Shown: positions 19,036 to 27,368 of the stretch, piece by piece
How the letters are laid out: every line of letters begins with the position of its first letter
Position numbering within the stretch: position 1 is the stretch's first letter
Assembly: GCA_964460725.1 (NCBI GenBank)
Contig: CAYWSF010000001.1
Location: 13,488 to 46,946, forward strand
Reading direction: 5' to 3'
Source of the DNA: an uncultured Desulfosporosinus sp.
Lineage (GTDB): Bacteria > Bacillota > Desulfitobacteriia > Desulfitobacteriales > Desulfitobacteriaceae
Length of the DNA: 33,459 nt
Made by a program: the position numbers and the translations under genes
Notes under the pieces: generated by a model
The model's input: only the letters and a program-made list of their open reading frames with translations
Told to the model about the DNA's origin: nothing
Database searches by the model: none

Positions 19036-19932
19036 ATGGAAAAAAGAATTAAAGGATTACCACTATTAATATTGGTGCTGCTGGTGACTTTCGCCGGTTC
19101 AGCAATTGCAGGCGGTACGGAAGTTACTGCCCTGGAAAAGGCCGTGCAGGCTGCTTGGTTAAAAAATGCACAATTAACCACTGAAACACTTGAGGACGGG
19201 ACGGTTATCCCGAACGTTTCTCAGGCAAACGCAATTGCCTTGGAGTTAGCCGAAGTAGTAATAGATCTGGACTTTGCCCGTAATAAGTATCAGTTTTTGG
19301 AAGAACGTCAAAAAGTACTGAAGCCGGCAGCTGAACAAGCGGACATTGATTTTAAGATGGGGAAAATTAAAGCTAAGACGCGGGACTCGATCAAGCAAGA
19401 GGTAGTGAAAAACGACTTTGATTTAAACTTATATAAAATGCAGATTGATAATGGGGAAAAAAGTTTCCAAAGGTTAACAGGAACAACCATGCCGGCAAAT
19501 TTTGATTCTGCTGGCTCCTATCTGATTGTGGATGCCGGTAAACTATCACTGCCCCCTTCGGTAACTGAGGATAAGGCAGCGGCGCTGGAGAAAAAGTTAA
19601 ATGAGGCGATTACCGCTTACAGCAAACTGGGTACTTTGATTACCGCTTATATTGACGCCGCAGAAAGGTTGGCAGAGACGGAGAACGCTTTTAAAACAGG
19701 AAAAGCGGGGAATGCGGAGCTTGAAGCTGCAAAGCTCGGGAAGGAAAAGACCAGGATCGATGTCTTTGAAGGGAAAGCTGCTTATTCAAAAATTCTATAC
19801 CAATTAGATTGCGGCTTACAGGGATATATTTCGAGGGATGTGAAGAAAGTTTCCAATCCGATTTTCCAACAGGATATTTTAAAGGATAATCCAAAGGATA
19901 CTCCAAAAGAAGAGGAAGGTGTTGCAAGCTAA
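19036..19932 (+). CDS. Secreted alpha-helical coiled-coil protein, TolC/outer-membrane-efflux-like
   Basis: Signal peptide MEKRIKGLPLLILVLLVTFAGSAIA. Twice-repeated TolC-like pattern ADIDFKMGKI..FQRLTG and ENAFKTGKA..ELEAAKL. Start reassigned to ATG 19036 after gggagg. Confidence 0.55.
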   Translation: MEKRIKGLPLLILVLLVTFAGSAIAGGTEVTALEKAVQAAWLKNAQLTTETLEDGTVIPNVSQANAIALELAEVVIDLDFARNKYQFLEERQKVLKPAAEQADIDFKMGKIKAKTRDSIKQEVVKNDFDLNLYKMQIDNGEKSFQRLTGTTMPANFDSAGSYLIVDAGKLSLPPSVTEDKAAALEKKLNEAITAYSKLGTLITAYIDAAERLAETENAFKTGKAGNAELEAAKLGKEKTRIDVFEGKAAYSKILYQLDCGLQGYISRDVKKVSNPIFQQDILKDNPKDTPKEEEGVAS

Positions 19933-20519
19933 TGGGTGATTATAACGCCATTTATGAAGCAGGACAGTCACTTGTGGAGTTATTTAAGCGGGAAATAACG
20001 CCGCTGCCGATCAGTACTCCTGAAAGAGTTGGTCTATGTATACCTCACGAACCGGGGGATTTTCAGCTGACGGTGTGGATTTATAATATTGAAGAACATA
20101 ATGATACGGGGATTAATTCCGGATTCATCATTGATCCGATCAATCCGCAGCTGGAACGCTATGCATCTATGCAGCTGCGCTGTCATGCTCTTATATCGGC
20201 CCATTCAAAAGCGCCAATCCAGACCAGGTTGGCGGATGAATATAAAATTATCGGGCGTGCTTTACAGGTTATTTGGGACACTCCGATTATTCCGGTTAAT
20301 CGGCTGGAGGGTTCCCTGGCCAACGGCGGAATACCCCTGCAGGTTCAATATCTTAAGCTCAGCAACGATGATCTCAGCAAGATATGGAATAGTGCAAACA
20401 AGACCATTAAACCGTCCTTCGCGATCCAGATTAATTCCCTGGTCATCGATTCCAACCGGATCAGACCGGTGGGTACCAGAGTGAGCAGTGCAAGTGTTGA
20501 TCTTGTCCAAAAGAAATAA
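19932..20519 (+). CDS. Pvc16/Afp16 (DUF4255) cap / tail terminator protein
   Basis: QLTVWIYNIEE, LISAHS, DEYKIIGRALQVIWDTP, LSNDDLSKIW..KPSFAIQI..IDS. TAATG coupling to the upstream gene. Confidence 0.88.
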   Translation: MGDYNAIYEAGQSLVELFKREITPLPISTPERVGLCIPHEPGDFQLTVWIYNIEEHNDTGINSGFIIDPINPQLERYASMQLRCHALISAHSKAPIQTRLADEYKIIGRALQVIWDTPIIPVNRLEGSLANGGIPLQVQYLKLSNDDLSKIWNSANKTIKPSFAIQINSLVIDSNRIRPVGTRVSSASVDLVQKK

Positions 20520-20538
20520 GCAGTAAGAGGAAAATGCC

Positions 20539-21318
20539 ATGAAAACGTATATCTCGATTATTCTTAAAATAATGGACGGATTCAGAAAAAGAAACTTATT
20601 GGCACCGGAAGTGAGCATTACTTTAAACAACCGGAGAATACGACCGATATATAAACCCGGAGGCTATTTCATCTTTACGGATTTATTGCCGGGACAAGCC
20701 TGCTTTGAGATTGCATCGCCTGTTTTCCGGCCGGAAAAGGTTGTTGCGGATATTCCGGAAGCCGGTAAGGGATATATTTTGAACCATATTATGATGTATC
20801 CTTCCAGGAAATATCCTTTCGGCGGACCGGTTACCACGGTGTCGGGCAGAATTACAAAGGGGGGGGAGCCCTTTGCCGAACAGCAGTTTTATATGATCCC
20901 CGGGGACGGCGGCGAAGTGATGAGGATAGCCGAGGATGAGGCTGAGGCCGGAAATTGCTTCCTAAAGCTCTTTGCAGCAGTACCGGAACGTCAGCTGTCT
21001 ATTCCGGGCAATTACTTGATTAAGGACAAGGAGGAAGAGAAGAGAGAGTTTTGCCTAATCACCCAGAATGCCGACAAGGATGGCAGGTATCCTCTTGAAA
21101 CGGGTATGGCCTACAGCCACCGGCGCGCCACTCCCCTGGTCGAAGTGATCGGGTGTGCTGCTTCATCAGACGGCAGCTTCTACACAGCACTACCGGGTTT
21201 AAAGGAGAGGCTGGCTTCCTTGGAGATATTAGTATTGGGGGGAGAGGAAAATAGTTTTAGAAGAACATATGAGATAAAAGCTTATCAGGAAAACGACTTA
21301 GGCACGATTGAAATCTAA
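20539..21318 (+). CDS. Hypothetical beta-sandwich protein (carboxypeptidase-regulatory-like) following the cap gene
   Basis: PIYKPGGYFIFTDLLPG..I.SPVF..MYPSRKYPF..TTVSGRI. Position after DUF4255 fits an eCIS accessory protein. Confidence 0.55.
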   Translation: MKTYISIILKIMDGFRKRNLLAPEVSITLNNRRIRPIYKPGGYFIFTDLLPGQACFEIASPVFRPEKVVADIPEAGKGYILNHIMMYPSRKYPFGGPVTTVSGRITKGGEPFAEQQFYMIPGDGGEVMRIAEDEAEAGNCFLKLFAAVPERQLSIPGNYLIKDKEEEKREFCLITQNADKDGRYPLETGMAYSHRRATPLVEVIGCAASSDGSFYTALPGLKERLASLEILVLGGEENSFRRTYEIKAYQENDLGTIEI

Positions 21319-21369
21319 ATAATATGTGAAAAAGATAATTTATAAAAATATTTGGGGTGAGATAAGCTA

Positions 21370-21747
21370 ATGGGCATGTTAACTGTTAATACCGCAACCT
21401 GTATGTGTACCTTCGGTGCTGCACCGGCGCCGCTCATAGCAACCAGTGCGCCGACAGTTATTGCCGTGAATCAACCTGTAGCCACAATTATGGATTTGCC
21501 AAAGATACCCTTTGGCATGTGCTCTGCTCCGTCAAATCCCGCGGTTGCCGCGGCAACTGCAGCAGCCCTGGGAGTGTTAACGCCTATGCCGTGTACGCCA
21601 GTAGTGGCAGTCCCCTGGGCACCGGGTTCCCCGACAGTGTTGATCGGGGGTAAGCCGGCACTTAATAATACCAGCAAAACTTTCTGCAGCTATGGCGGTG
21701 TCATTTCGATCACAATGACTCCTGCTGTGACGGTACAGGTGCCTTAA
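21370..21747 (+). CDS. DUF4280 PAAR-like spike tip protein
   Basis: A.CMCTFG, ATIMD...PFGMC, NPAVAAATAAALGVLTPMPCTP..PWAPG..VLIGGKPAL...C.YGGVISI. Confidence 0.95.
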   Translation: MGMLTVNTATCMCTFGAAPAPLIATSAPTVIAVNQPVATIMDLPKIPFGMCSAPSNPAVAAATAAALGVLTPMPCTPVVAVPWAPGSPTVLIGGKPALNNTSKTFCSYGGVISITMTPAVTVQVP

Positions 21748-21764
21748 ATAATAAAACGGGAGAA

Positions 21765-22817
21765 TTGAAAGTGAAAAATAAACTGCCTTTTATTATATTC
21801 TTTCTAGTGGCTCTCTTGGTAGTAATGTTCTGTTCATTTAATATTAAGGCTTGGTCTATTCGCGAGGTTTATGAGGACCTGACTTTTATGCGCATTTCCC
21901 TGGAGGCCAGACAGTATATCAACGAGATCGAGCAGGACATTAAATATGGAAAGCAGTTGGAGAACTTTTATGATATGCAAGAAACCCTAAAGGGTGTTCA
22001 AAGCTGTTCATCATATATAGAAGGTGCTTATATCGTTTCTGCTTCAGCCAAGCTGCTTTATCAAAGTGGCCTGACAGAGGGGCTCAGCCTGACAATTCCC
22101 AAGGATCCGATTTACCGTGACGGAAAGCTGTATACTGTTGTGGAAGATGCCGAGTATTATTATCTCACTGAACCGCTCAGAGACAAAAGCAGCAATATCG
22201 TCGGTTTTCTGATCATGTGTCTGGATAAGAATGCGGTTACCAATGCCGTTTCGGATTATAACCTGCAAAATAAGGTGCAAACCATAATAATCTATTTGGA
22301 GATTTTCGGAATTGCTCTTTTAATTTTACCGCGTGTCCGAGCGAAGAAAACAAACCGGCTTGCCTTAAAATTGACACTGATTCTCGCTGTGATGGTAACC
22401 GGAGCTGCTGCCTTGGATTCCGGCATCGCTTTAGTAAGCTATTATCAGGTTGTGAATGATGCCACACATCAATCTGCCGAGAAAATGGCTCAGGCACTGC
22501 AAAGTAACGTGGATTCAATAAAAGCAAAAGGGATATCAGCAGATCGGATTTATGATTTGAATGGGTGGCTGGCCAAGAACAGCAGTGAACTTATGATTAT
22601 TAACTCCTTAACTTTGGACAGAAACGATAAAATATCGGCTACGGTATCCCAAACTTATATCAACAGTTTTTTCTACAAATTTACATTACGCATTTCTATA
22701 CTGTTGCTTATTTGTGTTTTGAGTGGATTTGTCGCTTGCCGGTCAGTCATTCATTTCAGCAGGGCTAAAGCAAACAGCAGGGAAACTGCTATGAGTAAAG
22801 GAGTAGTCAATGTATAG
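21765..22817 (+). CDS. Membrane protein with two extracytoplasmic sensor-like domains; paralogue of the N-terminal half of the downstream MFS fusion
   Basis: Four hydrophobic segments. INEIEQDIKYGKQLENFY matches VNEVETSIKYGKTLDSFY in the 24858 ORF. Confidence 0.65.
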   Translation: MKVKNKLPFIIFFLVALLVVMFCSFNIKAWSIREVYEDLTFMRISLEARQYINEIEQDIKYGKQLENFYDMQETLKGVQSCSSYIEGAYIVSASAKLLYQSGLTEGLSLTIPKDPIYRDGKLYTVVEDAEYYYLTEPLRDKSSNIVGFLIMCLDKNAVTNAVSDYNLQNKVQTIIIYLEIFGIALLILPRVRAKKTNRLALKLTLILAVMVTGAAALDSGIALVSYYQVVNDATHQSAEKMAQALQSNVDSIKAKGISADRIYDLNGWLAKNSSELMIINSLTLDRNDKISATVSQTYINSFFYKFTLRISILLLICVLSGFVACRSVIHFSRAKANSRETAMSKGVVNV

Positions 22818-23616
22818 TCTTCTTAAAACAAAATTTTTATTGCGACAATTAACTAAACACAAAGAATATAATGCTCCCCTTATGAATGTGGTGGAAAGAA
22901 ATTGTCATGAGGATGTAAAGATGGTGGGGGATTCCGTACGCATCAGAGATAAAATCAGTGGAACCTATTTGTTTTCTGCCGCAAACTGGGCTGAATTAGA
23001 GTGTCTGCTGGAGGATACGGAAGCAGAACTGGACACTTTTATTGTTAATACCGGAATATATCAAAAAGAGCTTTTAGAAAAGTTTCCTCTTGCCATGATC
23101 GGTGAATATGATTTGTACGTGATCAATAAAAAGGATATTATTCACTGCAGCCAAACGCTAAAGGATTTTGAGATAACAAAATTGAATTTGAGTTGGTTGA
23201 GTTTCATTCTTGATAGCTACGACAACGATGAGTTCAGCAATGAAGGCTATATTTCTGACAGGATACGCTCAGGTCTGGGGCTGGGACTCCTGCATAAGTG
23301 CAGTGGTGATAAAGCGGCTTTTATTTTACAACATAAGGATGGAGAAACCGGTGGTCTGGTTGTGAAAGAAAAATATCGCGGCTGTGGGCTGGGAGGTGAG
23401 CTGCTAAAATGTTTCAACGAGGTGCTTTTTAAAAAAAACTCGATCCTTTTTGCCTTCATTGAGAGCAACAATATAGCTTCGGCAAAAACGGTGGTCGGCT
23501 GCGGCTATAAAAAGGTCAGCAACAGTATTTTGTGTATCTGTCAAATAAAGGATACCATTGCTATGCCAACTGCAGGAAAAGTAAATTATAGTCTTTATGA
23601 AAAAAGAGGCGGGTAA
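22810..23616 (+). CDS. GNAT family N-acetyltransferase
   Basis: Acetyl-CoA motif A LVVKEKYRGCGLGGELL, followed by NIASAKTVVGCGY. Confidence 0.85.
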   Translation: MYSLLKTKFLLRQLTKHKEYNAPLMNVVERNCHEDVKMVGDSVRIRDKISGTYLFSAANWAELECLLEDTEAELDTFIVNTGIYQKELLEKFPLAMIGEYDLYVINKKDIIHCSQTLKDFEITKLNLSWLSFILDSYDNDEFSNEGYISDRIRSGLGLGLLHKCSGDKAAFILQHKDGETGGLVVKEKYRGCGLGGELLKCFNEVLFKKNSILFAFIESNNIASAKTVVGCGYKKVSNSILCICQIKDTIAMPTAGKVNYSLYEKRGG

Positions 23617-23618
23617 AA

Positions 23619-24845
23619 ATGAAACACAAGACAGTGATAAAATTAATTATTATAATGTTTGTCTTAGCGGCCTTAGCAGCTGTTTCCGGTTGCAGCAAAC
23701 AAGCGGAATTCGGTACGAACCCGGACGGGGAGCAGTTAGCGGTGGACACCTCCGCAGGAGCAGGTTTAAATAGGTTTCCTTCTTCTCCGATAGAAAAACC
23801 GGGCGGTGGTAAATTCCGGATTGCTTATGTGGATATTGATCCATATCCGGTAACAGGAGGGATGTTTTACCATGTTGTGGAGGGCCTAAAACAGGATGGC
23901 TGGATCCAATATGATTCCTTACCGGTCAGCGAAGATAATGTGGATGCTAAGGAATTGGTAGACTGGTTGTCCAAGCGCGATCTTGGACCTTACCTTGAGT
24001 TTGTCGGGTCAGCAAATTACTATCTGGCTATAGATGGTGAAGAAGCAACGGAGAATAGTCTGAAAAATCATGTCGCCCAAAAGGACATCGACTTGGTTTT
24101 TGCAATGGGTACCTGGCCGGGGAGATTTGTTAAAAGTCTGAATCTGGGATTGCCCGTGGTAGTATATGGAACCGTAGACGCTATCGGTGCGGGAATTGTT
24201 CAGTCGGCAGAGGATTCGGGGGATAAGAACATTTGGGCACAGGTGGACCCGTCGGCCTTTACCAGACAGCTGCAATTTTATTATGATACGATCAACTTTG
24301 AGAATATCGGTATGGTATACAATGATGAAATAGTCAATTCGATTCCCGACTATGAAAAGACGGCTGAAGCCGTCGGTTTTAAGATTACTAAGGTGAAAAT
24401 CGATAAGTATGTCAGTGATAATCCGGTAGTTGAGAATGCCTATTATTCCAATCTAAAAGAAATATACCGCAAGCTGGTCCAGGAAGAAAAAATAGATGCT
24501 TATCTAATTAATACCGACATAATTACAGATGACACAAGAATGACAGACCTTTTTCAGGTGTTTTATGATGCCAAAATTCCAATTTTTGTTCAGGTAGGAG
24601 ACAACTATGTGCAAAATGGTGCCTTTATGCTGGTCTCACCCCGCGACTATAAAGGAGGAGGCGCATTTACAGCAAATACAATTGGAGCAATATTTAACGG
24701 AGAAAACCCCGGGAACTTGCCTCAGGAGTACGTCAGTTCTCCATATCTTAGCCTGAATCTGGATGCAGCAGAAAATATCGGTTATACGCCGAGTTTTGAA
24801 ATGCTTTTGTCCTGTGAGAATATTTATACAAATTTGAATCAATAG
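23619..24845 (+). CDS. ABC-type substrate-binding lipoprotein (ABC_sub_bind-like)
   Basis: Lipobox-like LAAVSGC. DLVFAMGT..LPVVVYGTVDAIGAGIVQS, IGMVYN, VQNGA, IFNGENPGNLPQ, LSLNLDAAENIG. Confidence 0.88.
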   Translation: MKHKTVIKLIIIMFVLAALAAVSGCSKQAEFGTNPDGEQLAVDTSAGAGLNRFPSSPIEKPGGGKFRIAYVDIDPYPVTGGMFYHVVEGLKQDGWIQYDSLPVSEDNVDAKELVDWLSKRDLGPYLEFVGSANYYLAIDGEEATENSLKNHVAQKDIDLVFAMGTWPGRFVKSLNLGLPVVVYGTVDAIGAGIVQSAEDSGDKNIWAQVDPSAFTRQLQFYYDTINFENIGMVYNDEIVNSIPDYEKTAEAVGFKITKVKIDKYVSDNPVVENAYYSNLKEIYRKLVQEEKIDAYLINTDIITDDTRMTDLFQVFYDAKIPIFVQVGDNYVQNGAFMLVSPRDYKGGGAFTANTIGAIFNGENPGNLPQEYVSSPYLSLNLDAAENIGYTPSFEMLLSCENIYTNLNQ

Positions 24846-24857
24846 GAGGCCATCCCC

Positions 24858-27293
24858 TTGAAATCAAATACAATGCGAAAATGGTTAATATCAATTTTTA
24901 CTGTTTTGATTGCTGTAGCATTTCTATTTGTCTGGTGGATGAGTTCTTCCGACTTTGAAAATAGCTATCGCGAAATAAAGCAGCAGTATTACGGTGTTAT
25001 TCAAGAGCAGGTAGTTAATGAGGTTGAGACTTCTATTAAATACGGAAAAACCCTTGATTCTTTTTACAATGTCGATAGTATATTTGGAAAGCTGACAACT
25101 TTGGTGCCGTCGTATGTTAAAGCGGTGATCACCAACGACAAGGGAGAAGTATTATACACATCTTCAGACGATTCGACTGATGAAAAAAACTACCTTGCAG
25201 TCTTCGGGTATCCTAATGTAGCGGCAAAGGTGGATAGTTTGTCCGGTGCCGACAACTATATCTCCATGATCCAGGATAACTATGAAATTATGATGCTGCC
25301 GATATCCGATAAAAGCCAGGCCGTTGTCGGAAGCTTATGCATGATCTACCCGTCGGCAGAGATTAATAAGGAACTTAAAGCAGGGCGAATGGATAATCTC
25401 AAAATATCCTTTCTGCTCTTGATTATAACAGTATTGGCATTGATTGTTTTCCTGAGCTTTGTTCCTGTTGAAAAATACATGGACGAGCAAAGGGATCCAA
25501 AGGATGGCATTGCTGAAAATACCTTTGGGCCGAGGCGCAGGCGGCTGATGATGATCATGATACCGACTCTGATTATTATGGTCGGTATCGGTGTTCAGAG
25601 TGCATATATGTATAATCATTACCAAGTAAAGTATAAAAGCGTTTTAACAGAAAGTGCCCATGGTATTCTTGCTTATATAAGCGACTCGCTCACATCTTTA
25701 CATCAAAAGGGTGTTTCATATGAAAAAATGGAGGGTATGACAGAATATATGACCACCAAAGTTCAGGAAACCCCCATCTTATGGAATATCCGTGTCAACA
25801 AGGTTATCACCGATACCGGGGAGGTCTTGAACAGGGAGAACACCTGGGAAATTTCAGCAGCGTTGGAACCGGATACAAATAATGAAATAATGCAGTTAGA
25901 AGTTCAGATATCCGAGGAGTATCTGGACGGAAAAATGTTTAACATGCTGCTGCAATTCCTGGCAACTTTAATTGCTGCTGCGATCGTGGTATTTGAGGTC
26001 ATGCGGCTGCCGGATATCCTGATATTCCGAAGAAGCAAGCAGTTTAATACCGCTTCTCCCGAGCAAAATCAAAATGTAACTGCCGGCCTCCGCATTTTAA
26101 GTTTTCTGGTCTTTATGGGGATATATGCCAGTATGCCTTTTTCGGTCATTCTGATGCGCAAATGGGATGCGCAAATTTTCGGTCTTTCTACAGACATTAC
26201 TGCCACCTTGCCGATGACTTTGGAATTACTGGCAGTTATGTTGTTCTCAATGCTGTTTGCACGCTATTTTAGCAAAGTGAACCTCAAAGCCTTCATGCTT
26301 GTTACCGGTCTCTTCATTGTTCTGGGTAACGTTTTCTGTGCTGCAGCGACCGGCCCGGTCCAGCTGATCCTCTTCAGAGGGCTTTGCGGTATTGGCTTTG
26401 CGGGTCTCAAGCATGTCTTAAATACTGTTATTGCTTTAGGTTCGGAGGAGAGTGAACGGACCGGATTAAATATTGCGGCTATGAATGCCGGTCTCCTTGG
26501 CGGAATCATGTGTGGAGGCTCATTCGGCGCGGTGATTACCAATTCGATGGGCATGTCGGTGACTTATCAGTTTACAGCAGGATTACTGATCGTGTGTGGT
26601 ATGATGTTTTTAGCGACAATTCCCTGGAAGCTTCTCAAGCAAAATAACAGCAGCGGTCATGTAAAGGAAGAAATAGAATTCAAGGGGATGTTTCATGCCC
26701 TGCTCAATGGTAAGGTACTCCGATATTTGCTTATGGTAACGATACCCTTAAATTTAGGCTTAATGTTTATAGTAGCTTTTATTCCGGGATATATCGAGAA
26801 GATGAATCTACCGGTTATCCTTATCAGTTATAGCTACCTGGTTAATGGTTTAGTAGGAATTTATATAGGGGCTTTCCTGGCCAAGAAGTTGACTGAGAAA
26901 CTAGGCCGGACTCTCTGCGTGTCGGTAATGCTTTTTATCGGCGGGTTGGGTATATCGATTATCGGTATCTGGTCTTCAGTGGGGATAATTCTACTATCTA
27001 CGGCTTTAATGGGTCTTTTCGATGGTTTTGGCTCTCCGGTAGCCATGAATTACTTTATCGAAATACCGCAAATTAAGAATAACGTTGAGGTTTCCAGTTC
27101 TTTGGCCTTTCTTGGTGTGGTGGGAAATGCCATCCAGATGCTCAGTCCTTTGGTCTATGGCTGGATAATGGCTGCGCCAGCGGTTTTCGGCTTGAATCCA
27201 CTCCTGTTTTTAGGTGTGATTTTTCTGGTGTTTGCCGTTTCATTCCTGTTTCCCTTCAGGAGGCAGACTCCGGAACAAAATATATCGGTTTAA
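24858..27293 (+). CDS. MFS transporter fused to an N-terminal extracytoplasmic domain pair
   Basis: C-terminal ~400 aa has about 12 hydrophobic helices with LILFRGLCGIG and LAKKLTEKLGR (motif A-like). N-terminal ~390 aa has TM plus two soluble loops. TTG start after aggagg. Confidence 0.88.
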   Translation: MKSNTMRKWLISIFTVLIAVAFLFVWWMSSSDFENSYREIKQQYYGVIQEQVVNEVETSIKYGKTLDSFYNVDSIFGKLTTLVPSYVKAVITNDKGEVLYTSSDDSTDEKNYLAVFGYPNVAAKVDSLSGADNYISMIQDNYEIMMLPISDKSQAVVGSLCMIYPSAEINKELKAGRMDNLKISFLLLIITVLALIVFLSFVPVEKYMDEQRDPKDGIAENTFGPRRRRLMMIMIPTLIIMVGIGVQSAYMYNHYQVKYKSVLTESAHGILAYISDSLTSLHQKGVSYEKMEGMTEYMTTKVQETPILWNIRVNKVITDTGEVLNRENTWEISAALEPDTNNEIMQLEVQISEEYLDGKMFNMLLQFLATLIAAAIVVFEVMRLPDILIFRRSKQFNTASPEQNQNVTAGLRILSFLVFMGIYASMPFSVILMRKWDAQIFGLSTDITATLPMTLELLAVMLFSMLFARYFSKVNLKAFMLVTGLFIVLGNVFCAAATGPVQLILFRGLCGIGFAGLKHVLNTVIALGSEESERTGLNIAAMNAGLLGGIMCGGSFGAVITNSMGMSVTYQFTAGLLIVCGMMFLATIPWKLLKQNNSSGHVKEEIEFKGMFHALLNGKVLRYLLMVTIPLNLGLMFIVAFIPGYIEKMNLPVILISYSYLVNGLVGIYIGAFLAKKLTEKLGRTLCVSVMLFIGGLGISIIGIWSSVGIILLSTALMGLFDGFGSPVAMNYFIEIPQIKNNVEVSSSLAFLGVVGNAIQMLSPLVYGWIMAAPAVFGLNPLLFLGVIFLVFAVSFLFPFRRQTPEQNISV

Positions 27294-27368
27294 GTATATT
27301 AAGGACATCCGTTACATGATTAGCTAATACCCAAAAACAAGTAGATAACTATTATTTGGAGGTTGGAT

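Noticed and set aside
19871-19915. 12-bp degenerate repeats (aaaggatamtcc) at the end of the TolC-like gene
   Set aside because: Only 2-3 copies encoding a low-complexity tail.
1445-21747. Canonical T6SS or type VII secretion system
   Set aside because: No recognisable TssJ/L/M, TssK or ClpV, and no FtsK-like EssC ATPase or WXG100 genes. The EssB resemblance is limited to a pseudokinase-like motif.
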